The position numbers and the translations under genes are program-made. A stretch of 50,702 bases of DNA from Archangium sp. (GTDB taxonomy: Bacteria > Myxococcota > Myxococcia > Myxococcales > Myxococcaceae), in assembly GCA_031367385.1 (NCBI GenBank), contig JANLPS010000253.1, forward strand, positions 1 through 50,702, in the 5' to 3' direction. The notes under the pieces are model-generated. The model saw only the letters and a list, made by a program, of their open reading frames with translations, had not been told where the DNA came from and did not search any database. Of the stretch, positions 27,915 to 37,889 are shown in pieces; positions within the stretch are counted from its first letter, which is position 1; each line of letters opens with the position of its first letter.

Positions 27915-28934
27915 ATGCTGACCTTGCTCACCCTTCTGACCCTCGCTTCTGACCCCCGCCTGTTCATAGATGCGCCTTTTATCAAGTGGTTGGGTGATTC
28001 CGTCGTGGTCGACCAGCACACGGCTGACGTGCCCAAGGTGGGCGTGCGGTTGGTGGCGGTGCTCAAGTCGGGGGCGTTGAACGGGCCTGCATTCGATGAG
28101 GGCCTGTTCTTGGTCGACCTCAAATCTGGGCGGTTGCTGAGCCAGGCCGCTCCCTTCGATCGCGATGGGTGCCCCACGCCTGAGCAGGTCGAGGCGGTGA
28201 CGGCCGAGTCAGACGAGACGGTGCGCTTTTCGAGTGACTGTGTCGTGAGGGTCGAACGGCACGGGTCGAAGTACGAGCTGGTTCGCGTGCGGCCTGAGGT
28301 GCCGGAGGATGAGTCGGGCGCCACAGAAGCGCTGTGCGGCGCGATGTGCCAGCAGAACCGAATGGAGACGTGCGCCGGGTACCTGCAGGCTCAAGGCCCG
28401 GTCATCACCGACGACGATCGACGCATCATCGACGCCGATACGCAGGCGCGGGCATTGTTGGAGCTGCTGCAAGGCGCACAACACGCGAATGCCCAGTGGG
28501 CTGCCGGTGAGCGCTTCATCGCCGAGGGAGCGTGGCTCAGAATCTTTCGTGCCTACCTGTCGGCGGGGCGGCCAGCCACCACCGGCGCGAATGTCGAGCT
28601 CTGGGAGTCGGTGCTCACCGCGGCGGGTCAACCGGAAGGTCAGCTCCTCCACCTCGGGCCGCGAACCCGTGCGGAGGCGCTGAACAATCTGGGCTACTCG
28701 CTCTTTCGCCGAGGAGCACTTCGGCAAGCGCGTGGGGCGTATCTCGAATGTCAGGCCTTGCTCGAGAGGTCACACGAGACGCGGCCGGTGCTCGACTTGA
28801 ACCTCGCCGAGCTCGAGAAAGCGCAGGGCAACACCGCAGCTGCTCGGGCGGCGTACCAGCGCTTCTTGAGTGACTCAACGATTTCGGCGGCGCAACGGGC
28901 TTCGGCAACCGAGGCACTGCGCTCACTGCAGTGA
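27915..28934 (+). CDS. Secreted protein with C-terminal TPRs
   Basis: Hydrophobic N-terminus; AEALNNLGYSLFRRG and LNLAELEKAQGNTAAARAAYQRFL. Confidence 0.7.
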   Translation: MLTLLTLLTLASDPRLFIDAPFIKWLGDSVVVDQHTADVPKVGVRLVAVLKSGALNGPAFDEGLFLVDLKSGRLLSQAAPFDRDGCPTPEQVEAVTAESDETVRFSSDCVVRVERHGSKYELVRVRPEVPEDESGATEALCGAMCQQNRMETCAGYLQAQGPVITDDDRRIIDADTQARALLELLQGAQHANAQWAAGERFIAEGAWLRIFRAYLSAGRPATTGANVELWESVLTAAGQPEGQLLHLGPRTRAEALNNLGYSLFRRGALRQARGAYLECQALLERSHETRPVLDLNLAELEKAQGNTAAARAAYQRFLSDSTISAAQRASATEALRSLQ

Positions 28935-28938
28935 CCGT

Positions 28939-30117
28939 TCAGAAGAAATACGCGACGCGAAGCTGCCCGAAGTTGTCGCGCACGAACGAGGTCTGCAATT
29001 TGCCCGGGGTGCCGAAGAACAGATTCGCGGTCACGGTGAGCCGCCAGTGATCGCCGAGCCTGCGGCTGGCCTCGATGGTGCCGAAGGTCGCTCCGTCGAC
29101 GACATCGACGAGGGCTCCGGCGTTGATCTCGGTGCTCGCGACATCGTTGAAGGCGAGGCGGGCTCCGGCGAAGGCGTCGTGATCGAAGAAGGTGATCGGC
29201 CCCGTCAGAGGGCGTGTGTCGAAGACGAATTCAGCCGCGAAGGTGAGGTTGGCTTCGTCGAAGACTTTGTAGAACGTGTAATCGAGGCCGGCGCCGCCAC
29301 CGCCGAAGACCTGCAATTGGTTGGTCCACAGTCGAACGAAGCCCTCGGCTTTCAAGGTCAGCGCATCGAGCGTCAACTGCGCGTCGGCCGAGCCCTGGTA
29401 CGACATGTCGTATCTCGGGGCGACGTTGCCGCTGGTGAGCTCGAGAATGAACCTTGGCTCACGAGAGACTCCGCCGAAGGCACAGAGGCCGACATCGAGG
29501 TCGCCGAAGTTGAAGGCATAGCGGGCGGCCGCGCTCGGCGTGTACTGCCGCAGCGGCGATTCGTACTCAGGGTGATCGACATCGAGCGTCGCGGGAAAAC
29601 GGAGCCGACCTCGCACGCCGGGGAAGGTGCGCTCTCTGAAGTACGGCAGCACGTAGAGCTTGAACGACGAGGCCACGCCCACCCAGCCGAGCTCGACGAA
29701 GGGTTGACCCAACTTCGCGCTGCCGTTGAATGAATCGACGAAGTCGATCTGGTTGATGATGTCGGTGGGGCGATACGACTCGAGCACGCCCCAGGTGACG
29801 ACGTCGCTGCCAATGGCAAACTCAAAGTGTTCGAGCGAGAGGCGGTACTTGGCTTCTCTGACGTCGAAGTGCGAGCGGCGCTCATCGTTCGGGTCGAGGC
29901 GGTAAAACGGCTTCAGCGTGAGCGTTGAGTTGCCGCTCTTGAACTCGATGCGAGGCTCGGTGACCAGCGAGACGCCGTTGCCAGCCGCTTGCCCCGCGTA
30001 TTTCGGAGGCTCGATGAAGACGCGCCCATCTGCGGCGACGAAGCCTCCGATTTCAGTGGAGATCGACGCACATGCGCACGCCATCAACACCAGTGCGCTG
30101 AGAGCCGATTTGTGCAC
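28939..30117 (-). CDS. Putative outer-membrane beta-barrel protein
   Basis: Signal peptide, alternating amphipathic beta-strands, terminal QLRVAYFF barrel signature; WG...PTDIINQ segment typical of barrels found with MMPL/LolA-like genes. Confidence 0.75.
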   Translation of the reverse strand: MHKSALSALVLMACACASISTEIGGFVAADGRVFIEPPKYAGQAAGNGVSLVTEPRIEFKSGNSTLTLKPFYRLDPNDERRSHFDVREAKYRLSLEHFEFAIGSDVVTWGVLESYRPTDIINQIDFVDSFNGSAKLGQPFVELGWVGVASSFKLYVLPYFRERTFPGVRGRLRFPATLDVDHPEYESPLRQYTPSAAARYAFNFGDLDVGLCAFGGVSREPRFILELTSGNVAPRYDMSYQGSADAQLTLDALTLKAEGFVRLWTNQLQVFGGGGAGLDYTFYKVFDEANLTFAAEFVFDTRPLTGPITFFDHDAFAGARLAFNDVASTEINAGALVDVVDGATFGTIEASRRLGDHWRLTVTANLFFGTPGKLQTSFVRDNFGQLRVAYFF

Positions 30118-30126
30118 CGCGACCGC

Positions 30127-30915
30127 TCAGTTCCCCAGCTTGCCGGGCGCGAAGTCGGCGACCGAGAGCCCAGTGCCGAGCTTCATCGTCGTGAAGCGAA
30201 TCGTGGTCGCCTTGCTGGTTTGCAGGTTCTTCATCGACCAGGTGTGCGAGCGCCAGAACTTCTCATTGAGCTGCTTGTAGTCGCTGTAGGTCAAGGTCTT
30301 CAGCTTTTCTCCGCGGCGGTCGAAGAAATCAATGCTGCTGATTCGCATCTCGGTGGCGTCGATGTGCAACAGGCGCTTCGAGTACGCCGAGGCTGCGTCT
30401 CTGGGAGTCGCCTCGACGGTGACGATGTTGCCTTCGCTCGCCACGTATTTCCACCCGTATTTGCGAGCGTCGTTGCCGGTGAGGTCTTCGAATGAGAACT
30501 CGCTGCCGGCGAAAGCTCCGGTGCGGTTCGCGGCCGAAATTCTCTTGGTGCGGTGGGCACTTGGCAGAAACAGCCATTGCTCGTCTTCGCCCTCGGGGCT
30601 GGCGTGCGACAAGACCGCGGTGCCCTTCACATCGGCCGGAGCGTCGAACACGATGAGCGACTTGTCTCCATCGGTGCCGCTCGCCTTCTCGAGCACCTTG
30701 AGCGAGAAGCTTCGCCGCGCCTCGCTACCGCTGGCGTCGCTGAGCACCATGTCGACCTGGCCTCCGAGATCTCGGTAGCCTGCATTTCGAGCGGCGAGCT
30801 CTTGCGCGATGGCCAGGCCCTTCTCTTCGGGCGTGCCAGTGGTGGTGAGCTCTTTCATCGACTTGGCGTGGACGACGGTTGCGACGGTAAGGGCGATGAG
30901 CAGGGCTCGGTTCAT
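30127..30915 (-). CDS. Outer-membrane lipoprotein-sorting (LolA-like) periplasmic protein
   Basis: Signal peptide; FDAPADVKGTAVL, QWLFLPS..RTKRIS, FAGSEFSFEDL, FFDRRGEKLKTL. Confidence 0.88.
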   Translation of the reverse strand: MNRALLIALTVATVVHAKSMKELTTTGTPEEKGLAIAQELAARNAGYRDLGGQVDMVLSDASGSEARRSFSLKVLEKASGTDGDKSLIVFDAPADVKGTAVLSHASPEGEDEQWLFLPSAHRTKRISAANRTGAFAGSEFSFEDLTGNDARKYGWKYVASEGNIVTVEATPRDAASAYSKRLLHIDATEMRISSIDFFDRRGEKLKTLTYSDYKQLNEKFWRSHTWSMKNLQTSKATTIRFTTMKLGTGLSVADFAPGKLGN

Positions 30916-33284
30916 GACGGGCTCACTTTCGATGCGACTTGGAACAAGGGTACGGGGCTGACGTGAACACTCGGCGTCTTCTCGCGCACCAGCAGCAGCA
31001 CCAGCGCGGGAGCGATCAGCAGATCAGCCATGGGTGCGATGCCGACGATCAGCAGACACAACCAGCCGAGGTGACTGGTCATCTGAAAGTTCGACAACGT
31101 GAGCACTCCGAAACCGATGACCAGAATGACGCTGGTCGAAAGCATGGCCGGCCCGACGTGCGCGAGGGTGTGCCGCATCGCGTGCTCGGGTGACATGCCT
31201 TCTTTGCGTTGGAGGGCCTGGAATTTGGTCAAGAAGTGAATCGTGTCGTCGACGATGATGCCGAGCGCGATGCTGGCGGCGATCGAAGCGACGATGTTGA
31301 GTTGCCCGACGACCAGGTACCAGACGCCGTAGCCCACGAAGATCGGCACCACGTTGGGGATGACGCTGATCAGCCCCATCTTCCAGCTGCGCAAGACGAT
31401 GATCATGCAGAGCGAAATCAACAGCAGCGACCAGAAGTCGGCTTTGACCATGCTGCGGGCGTTGCGGTCTCCCAGCTGAGAGAAGATGACGACCGGGCCG
31501 GTGGCCTCGGCCCACATCGCGGGCGGTGCATTCGAACGCAGCCACTGCGCGCTGCGGGCGGCGAAGTTGGTCATTTGCCGGGTCGACAAGTCGCGAACGG
31601 TCACCGTCAGACGCGAGGCTGACTTATCGATGTTCACGCGGTCGGTGAGGTCGAGCCCGGCGGGCAAATTCATCTCGTACAACAGCAGCGACTCGGCGGC
31701 GGCCTCGCGGGTGTCAGGCAGCGCGTACTCGTCGCTGTGACCACCATTCATGACCTGGTGGGTACGCTTGAGAATGTCGGTCACGCTGAACACGTGTTGC
31801 ACTTCAGGCTGGGTGCGCAGCCACTGCGCGAACGCCTCGAGGTGACCGAGGTATTCAGGGCTGGTGACGCCTGAGGGGCCTTCGCTGCCGACCTGAAATT
31901 CGAGCCGGTAAATGCCCGAGAGGTTCTTCATCGTGAAGTCGACATCGCGGCGAAAGGCGACGTTTTGCGAGAAGTAGCTCACGAATTGATCATTCGGCTC
32001 GAGCTGGGCCGCGGCGATGCCACTGGCGATGGTGAGAATCGCCGCTCCGGCGAAGATGATCGCGCGGCGGCGAATCACCACGTCGGCCAAACGCGCCATG
32101 AAGGGGAATTCTTTCTCTTTCTTTGCAGCGGGCACCTTGACGGTCACCAGCATCAGAATCGCCGGCAACAGCGTGACGGAGTAGAGCCAGGCGACGGTGA
32201 CTCCGACGCAGGTCATGTTCGCGAGGTGCGTGACGGGCGGCGCATCGGAGGAGTTGAGGCACAGAAAGCCGACGATGGTGGTGAGCCAGGTGTAGGTGAC
32301 CGCCTCGAGGTTCGATTGAACCGAGTCGATGATCGCTTCACGTTTCGCCAAGCCGCGGCGCATGGCGTCGAGCACCGCGAGCACGATGTGAACGCCATCG
32401 GCCACCGCGACGGTGAGCACGATCATCGGCGCAGCAACCGAAGTCGGGCTGAGCGGGTAGTGCAGCCAGCCCGCGACCGCCATCGAGACCGTGGCTGACA
32501 TCCAGATGATGACGGCGACCGCTCCAGTGGCTTTCGCGCTTCGAACGATGAAGCCCATCACCAGCAACATCGCAATCACCATCAGGGGAATCATCACCGC
32601 CATGTCTTCAATCGAGACCTGCATGAAGGCGTCGTTCACGAAGGCCATGCCCGAGGGGCGAATGTCGAGTGAGGGGTACTTCGCGCTCAGCTGGGCGACC
32701 AGCGCGCGCGCGGCCTTGGCGGCTTCGGTGACCTCGAGCGGGTCTTTGCGTGGCAAGCGCAAGGTCACGTTGACCGCGGCGGTCTGGGCGTCGCGCGAGA
32801 GCAGGCTGCCGAAGATGATTGGCTCAGCGATGGCGGTGGTGCGGAGCGCCTCGAGCTGCTCGGCAGACAGCCCGTCAATCGCCTCGGGCACGAGAGTCTT
32901 CATCGCCAGCTCGTCACCGTCTGCGGTCACTTGTTGAAAGTTGGTCAGCGAGTCGACGCGCGAGGCGTACGGCAGCCGCCACCCAGCGGTCGTCAGTGAT
33001 TGCAGCGCGTGCAAGGCGTCGGGCTGAAATACCGTGCCTTCTCTGGCCTTGACGACGAACAGCACGTTGTCGGTCTTGGTGAAGTCGCGCTCGAGGTGCT
33101 GAAACGCCGTCAAGCCCGGGTCTTCGTGCGAAAAGAAGATTTGGTAGTCAGTCGAGAAGCGCGCCCAGACGAGCCCGACCGAGCTCAGCATGAACAGACC
33201 GATGCACACCCAGAGCGTGAGCTTCGGTCGCGCGGTGACTGCAGTGGCGAGCCGGGTGCCGAAGCGTTCGAAACGAGTGATCAT
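30912..33284 (-). CDS. MMPL/RND-family transporter
   Basis: Two repeats of TM + periplasmic loop + 5 TM; VAVADGVH and LGIIVDDTIHF proton-relay motifs. Confidence 0.93.
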   Translation of the reverse strand: MITRFERFGTRLATAVTARPKLTLWVCIGLFMLSSVGLVWARFSTDYQIFFSHEDPGLTAFQHLERDFTKTDNVLFVVKAREGTVFQPDALHALQSLTTAGWRLPYASRVDSLTNFQQVTADGDELAMKTLVPEAIDGLSAEQLEALRTTAIAEPIIFGSLLSRDAQTAAVNVTLRLPRKDPLEVTEAAKAARALVAQLSAKYPSLDIRPSGMAFVNDAFMQVSIEDMAVMIPLMVIAMLLVMGFIVRSAKATGAVAVIIWMSATVSMAVAGWLHYPLSPTSVAAPMIVLTVAVADGVHIVLAVLDAMRRGLAKREAIIDSVQSNLEAVTYTWLTTIVGFLCLNSSDAPPVTHLANMTCVGVTVAWLYSVTLLPAILMLVTVKVPAAKKEKEFPFMARLADVVIRRRAIIFAGAAILTIASGIAAAQLEPNDQFVSYFSQNVAFRRDVDFTMKNLSGIYRLEFQVGSEGPSGVTSPEYLGHLEAFAQWLRTQPEVQHVFSVTDILKRTHQVMNGGHSDEYALPDTREAAAESLLLYEMNLPAGLDLTDRVNIDKSASRLTVTVRDLSTRQMTNFAARSAQWLRSNAPPAMWAEATGPVVIFSQLGDRNARSMVKADFWSLLLISLCMIIVLRSWKMGLISVIPNVVPIFVGYGVWYLVVGQLNIVASIAASIALGIIVDDTIHFLTKFQALQRKEGMSPEHAMRHTLAHVGPAMLSTSVILVIGFGVLTLSNFQMTSHLGWLCLLIVGIAPMADLLIAPALVLLLVREKTPSVHVSPVPLFQVASKVSPS

Positions 33285-33607
33285 GGGTTGGCTCCACCGT
33301 CGGGGTCGCTGTGTGCGACTGGAAATTGAAGGTCTTCAGCACTGGGGAAAAGCGCGTCGCCTGCGTCGGGCATGCACTCATCGAGGCGCCCCGAGAGCGT
33401 CGCGAGGCTGTCGCAATCGGTCGCATGCCGGGTGATGCAGGTGGCGGTGAAGCGGGCCAGGCCAGTGCAGCCGCGGCTGGTGAGAAAGGGCACCGTCGCG
33501 CCGCAGGTGGCGATGAGGTGCGTGGCTTCTTCACAGGGGTCTGCGAAGGCGGTGTGAACTTCGGTGCCGCACGCGGTGAGCAAGGTGATGAAGAGCAGGG
33601 CGCGCAT
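33281..33607 (-). CDS. Small six-cysteine lipoprotein
   Basis: Lipobox LTAC; six further Cys; its stop overlaps the MMPL ATG. Confidence 0.75.
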   Translation of the reverse strand: MRALLFITLLTACGTEVHTAFADPCEEATHLIATCGATVPFLTSRGCTGLARFTATCITRHATDCDSLATLSGRLDECMPDAGDALFPSAEDLQFPVAHSDPDGGANP

Positions 33608-33610
33608 GAG

Positions 33611-34840
33611 TTAGAAGCCCCTCTTCGACAAATCGCCGGCGATGTTCGCGTAGAAGCGCGCCACGTCGAACCCGTTCTCGACATTCACATCGGGGATGTT
33701 GCGCTCACCCAATTGCTCCATGTGATCAGCGGGTATGCAGCCGCGAAAGTTCGCCCACCTGGCGGAGGCAACAGCAGAGAGCCCGTCATTGGGCTCACCG
33801 GTCGAGCCGCCAACCGTGTCGGTGAAAGGCACCAGGGTCAGTGCCATGAAGTCGTGCTTGCCGAAGCCGAGCAGACCTTGGGCACCGTCGCTCGTCGTGC
33901 ACACCTCGCGCATTCGGGCGTCGTGCTCCGCCGAGGCTTCACCGAAGGGGCGGCTGACTCCAGCGAAAGACTGGTACTCGACGCCTGGTGCGTCGTCGAT
34001 CTCAGCGTTGAAGGTGATGGCTTGCGAGATGGTGAGGGCTTGCAGCGCCTCGCGGAGATGCACGTCGTGGGTGAGTGCGTCTTCGCTGAACCAATCGCCG
34101 GCGAAGGTCGCGAAGTCGTTGATCAGCTGGCCGCGGTTTTCGTCAGGCGTCAGGCCGAGGAGCACGTCTGCGATTCGGGTGCCTCGGTGCGCGGTACCGA
34201 CGGTGGTGATCGACGCGACCGATGAGGCGAGATCAGGAGCGCCTTCGAGATCCAACGTCAACCCGTGCGGGCTCACCAAGTAACGGCAGTCGAGGCCGCC
34301 GAGCGAGTGGCAGATGAGGTTGACCTTGGTGGCGCCAGTTTTTTCGCGAATCTCTTTGAGGCGGGCCCACAGCTCGGGGGCTCGTCGACGCGGCGTTTCG
34401 TAGGGGGTCAGCGTGGCGAGAAAGACGGCGTGGCCGCCGAGCTCGGTCATCGTGGTCTGAATGCGCTGGCTGTAGCGAAAGAGTGGCGAGGTATCGATGC
34501 CGTTGACCAGCAGCACGGGGTAGCGGGTCGGGCGTTTCTCAGGGGCGGGCGTGACCGGCGCGACGCAGCCCACGTTGGCGAGGCGGCAGGCGGCGCTGGC
34601 GACGTCTCCGTCGACTGGCAGTGCGGTGACAATCACGTCGCAGGAGAGCGTGCGGGTGACGGTGCGAACGCGCTCGAGATCGGCGTCGCTGATGTTGGTG
34701 CAGTCGAGCTGGGGCACTTTCGAGCCGATGCATTCGGTCAGTGAAGCTTGCAGCTCGGCGCAGCGAACAGATTTCGCGGGAGCGCACGCGGTGAGGGTGA
34801 GTGCGAGCACCAGCAGGGGCTTGTTCTTGTCAGTCATCAC
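33611..34840 (-). CDS. Lipoprotein lipase (alpha/beta hydrolase) with N-terminal six-Cys module
   Basis: Lipobox LTAC; TRYPVLLVNG; elbow CHSLGG (Ser codon 34304-34306); ITTVGTAHRGT; NDGL (Asp); ADHMEQLG (His). Confidence 0.88.
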   Translation of the reverse strand: MMTDKNKPLLVLALTLTACAPAKSVRCAELQASLTECIGSKVPQLDCTNISDADLERVRTVTRTLSCDVIVTALPVDGDVASAACRLANVGCVAPVTPAPEKRPTRYPVLLVNGIDTSPLFRYSQRIQTTMTELGGHAVFLATLTPYETPRRRAPELWARLKEIREKTGATKVNLICHSLGGLDCRYLVSPHGLTLDLEGAPDLASSVASITTVGTAHRGTRIADVLLGLTPDENRGQLINDFATFAGDWFSEDALTHDVHLREALQALTISQAITFNAEIDDAPGVEYQSFAGVSRPFGEASAEHDARMREVCTTSDGAQGLLGFGKHDFMALTLVPFTDTVGGSTGEPNDGLSAVASARWANFRGCIPADHMEQLGERNIPDVNVENGFDVARFYANIAGDLSKRGF

Positions 34841-36042
34841 AGGCCCCTCGCGGCGAGCTCTGAGACGACTTCTTGGTAGAACCGCGGCGCGTCGAACCCG
34901 GTTGCAGGGTCGCGCGTCACGTGACCGATTTGCCCAATGACATCATAGTGATCGGCGGGTATGCAGCCGCGAAAGAGGCCCCACTTCGCGCTCGCGACTG
35001 AGATCATGCCGTCTGACGGGCTGCTCAACGTCTCACCGCCGGGCCCGCGGGTCACGGTGCTGAACGGAGCCGTCGCCCACAACGCAGGGTTCATCGCGTC
35101 GGTCGTGCTCGGGTGGCGCTCGAACAAGAATGACCCGTCGGGCGCTGCGCAGTGCTCGCGAATTTCTTGTTCGGCTGCGGCTGAGCTTCGGCCACTCACC
35201 GCGCTCACTCCGGCGTACGACTGGTAAAAGACCGAGGCAGCGTCAGTGACTCGTGCGTTGAACGCGCCGACGGCCTCTGGCGTCAGACCGTCGAGCGTGC
35301 GCTTGAGCGCAGCGTCATCGGGCAGGTGCACCGCTGAATCACTGCCCACCAACGCCTGCAAGACCTCGTCTGCCGTGCCGTCGTGAATCGCTCGGAGCGC
35401 CGCATCGGCCACGCGCGTGCCTTGGTGCGGAGTCGCGATGGTCGTGATCGACGCCACCATCGCCCGCGCGGCCGAAAGCTTTGCTGGGTCTGATGCGAAC
35501 AACCCGCCCGCGCTGACCAGGTACCGGCAGTCGAGCCCTGCCACTGCGTAGCAGATGAGATTCACCCGCTTCACCCCGGTGTGCGCGCTCAGCGATTGCA
35601 GCGAGAACCACAAGTCTTGCGCCCGGTCTGGCGTCGTCGACCACGGCAACACGGTGATGTGATGCGAACCCGAGCCGTCAGCGGTGCGAATGATCTGGGT
35701 GCTCCAGTCGAGCACGGCGCTGTCGTCGATGCCGCCGACGAAGACCACCGGGGCCTTTGGCGACGCTGGCGTGAACTGCGGAGTCGGAGAGGCCGGGCAC
35801 TTGAAGCCACCGAGCGTGCAGACCCGTTTGTCGACCGAGCGATCATCTCCCGCGGCGAAAGCCTCGCAGCCCTTGTCGTCGAGCTTCTCGACCAAAGTCT
35901 CGACGTCTGAGTACGCCAGCTGGCTGCAGTCGACCTGTGTCACCGCGAAGCCGCACCGCTTCAGGCCATCGCGCAGGTCTCCGCACACGTTGCGATACGA
36001 GGCGCACCCGCAGAGCAGCACGAAGAGAACGAGGCGGGTCAT
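34837..36042 (-). CDS. Lipase paralog lacking the catalytic serine (pseudo-lipase), lipoprotein
   Basis: Start re-called at ATG 36042 (ATGA overlap; MTRLVLFVLLCGC). Collinear with the adjacent lipase but elbow reads CYAVAG; SDGM and ADHYDVIG retained. Confidence 0.85.
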   Translation of the reverse strand: MTRLVLFVLLCGCASYRNVCGDLRDGLKRCGFAVTQVDCSQLAYSDVETLVEKLDDKGCEAFAAGDDRSVDKRVCTLGGFKCPASPTPQFTPASPKAPVVFVGGIDDSAVLDWSTQIIRTADGSGSHHITVLPWSTTPDRAQDLWFSLQSLSAHTGVKRVNLICYAVAGLDCRYLVSAGGLFASDPAKLSAARAMVASITTIATPHQGTRVADAALRAIHDGTADEVLQALVGSDSAVHLPDDAALKRTLDGLTPEAVGAFNARVTDAASVFYQSYAGVSAVSGRSSAAAEQEIREHCAAPDGSFLFERHPSTTDAMNPALWATAPFSTVTRGPGGETLSSPSDGMISVASAKWGLFRGCIPADHYDVIGQIGHVTRDPATGFDAPRFYQEVVSELAARGL

Positions 36043-37889
36043 CGCATGTCCTCGAGCATCACATCGGCTGCGCGCTCGCTGAGCATGAAGGTCGGCAAGG
36101 CGATGAACGTGCCCGGTATCTCGGGAAACGCGGAGGCGTCGACGACTCGAAGATGCGAGGTGCCGATGACGCGAAAGCGGCTGTCGATCACCGCGCTCGG
36201 GTCGTTCTGTGCGCCCATCTTGTCGGTGCAGCAGGCGTGATGGCCCCATGACTCCTTGCGAACCCACGAAGCGAGCTCGAGGTCGCTCTTCACGCCCGCA
36301 CCGGGCCACACCTCAGTGACCGGGGTGTCGCGCATCTGCGTCTGCATTCGGCGCACGAACTTCACGCCCTCGACCAGCGCCAGGAGGTCAGGGTCGCCGA
36401 GCGGGTTCTTCTCGTCGTACGAATTGAATCGAATCGCCGGGCGCTTGAACGGGTCGCCACTCGAGAGTGAGACCACGCCGTCGTGATTCTGGGTGTGCGC
36501 CTTGAGCAGCAACCAGGTGAACTTGTCTTTCGAGGCCGCGCTGTCTTTCGAGTAGCCGGGGTAATAGCCACGGGCGTCGCTGGGCACTCCGAAGACCTGG
36601 AGATCGGCGAGCGGTGAGGTCGCCTGCGAGCGCATCAACACCGAGGCCAGAAAACCGGGGGTCTCGTACACACCACGGCCTTGTTGCCACTCGGTCAGGC
36701 ACGGGTCATTCGCATCGCTCGTGCCGAGCCTGCACGGTGCCACGACGTCGAGCACAGAGGTGAACTGGTGCACCACCGGCGCCTCGTAGCGGTCTTGCAA
36801 GTTCTGCCCGACGCCCGGCCGGTCGACGACTGGGTCGATGCCGAGCGAGCCCAAGGTGGCCGAGTCGCCCACGCCTGAGAGCATCAGCAACTGAGGGCTG
36901 TTGAACGAGCCGGCCGAGAGCACCACATCGTGGCTGGCGAAGGCGCTCTCTCGCTGCGCTGGAGCGGGCTCAATCGCCAGGCTCGCGCCGTACACGTTGC
37001 TCTTGCGCACGAACTCGACCCCGGTGGCCAAGCCCGGCGTTTGTGGGTGCCACAACACGCGGGTCACGAACGCGCCGGTGATGACGGTGAGCGGGTAGCC
37101 CTCGGCGACGGTGTCGAGAATGCGCTCGCGCGTGCCATTGCGGTGCCCGTCTTTGGTTGCCAGCGGCAATCGAAACAGGCCGGTCGTCTCACCCGAGCGG
37201 AGCGCTGCGTTCACGTCATGTTGCAGCACGTTGCCGAGGTTCGCGGCGGTGCTCGCGAGATCGACCATCGTCGAGCCCGTGCCTTGCGCGTACGTGGCCG
37301 CAGCCGCGGTGAGAAAGTTGGTCACCTTGCTGTCGCTCAGGCCCAATCGTGGGTCGGCAATTTCAATGCTCAGCCACTCGCGAACGCGGTCGATGTACAG
37401 GTCCATCGCTTCGGCGCGAAAGCCCGGGTCGCCGGTCAGTGCACTGAGCCGGTTCCAGTCGCTGCGCGAGGGCAACACGGTGACCATCGCGTTGACCGCG
37501 GTCGAGCCGCCGAGCGCGCTGCCACGGGGGTAGAGCACTCCGTCGGCGGTGTACTTCGAGTCGGTCTTGTCGACCTCGAGGTCGCGGCTGTGCTGTACGA
37601 AGTACCACCAGGCCATACCGGGCGTTTCGGTGCTCAAGGCGTGCATCGCGGGCACCTGGTACTTGAGGTTGCCGCCGACATCGTCTCCGGCTTCGAGCAA
37701 CAGCACGCGAATGCCACGGCGCGCGAGGCGAGTCGCCAGTGGCCCGCCACCAGCGCCCGAACCGACCACGATGACCTCATACTGATCAGCCGCGAAGCCG
37801 CAGGTCGAGCAGCCGACCTTGCCCGTCGACGCATCGCACCCGCTGATCGCGATCAGCAGCAGCGAGAAACGGAGAGCAATGGTCGACAT
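36039..37889 (-). CDS. GMC oxidoreductase lipoprotein
   Basis: Start re-called at ATG 37889 (MSTIALRFSLLLIAISGC). GSGAGGG, LLLEAG, RGSALGGSTAVNAM, SAGSFNSPQLLMLSGVG, VGQNLQD, WGHHACCT, LRVVDAS. Confidence 0.92.
   Translation of the reverse strand: MSTIALRFSLLLIAISGCDASTGKVGCSTCGFAADQYEVIVVGSGAGGGPLATRLARRGIRVLLLEAGDDVGGNLKYQVPAMHALSTETPGMAWWYFVQHSRDLEVDKTDSKYTADGVLYPRGSALGGSTAVNAMVTVLPSRSDWNRLSALTGDPGFRAEAMDLYIDRVREWLSIEIADPRLGLSDSKVTNFLTAAAATYAQGTGSTMVDLASTAANLGNVLQHDVNAALRSGETTGLFRLPLATKDGHRNGTRERILDTVAEGYPLTVITGAFVTRVLWHPQTPGLATGVEFVRKSNVYGASLAIEPAPAQRESAFASHDVVLSAGSFNSPQLLMLSGVGDSATLGSLGIDPVVDRPGVGQNLQDRYEAPVVHQFTSVLDVVAPCRLGTSDANDPCLTEWQQGRGVYETPGFLASVLMRSQATSPLADLQVFGVPSDARGYYPGYSKDSAASKDKFTWLLLKAHTQNHDGVVSLSSGDPFKRPAIRFNSYDEKNPLGDPDLLALVEGVKFVRRMQTQMRDTPVTEVWPGAGVKSDLELASWVRKESWGHHACCTDKMGAQNDPSAVIDSRFRVIGTSHLRVVDASAFPEIPGTFIALPTFMLSERAADVMLEDMR

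Noticed and set aside
34837..36042. Pseudogene call for the Ser-less lipase
   Set aside because: Frame, lipobox, Cys module, Asp/His motifs and translational coupling are all intact.
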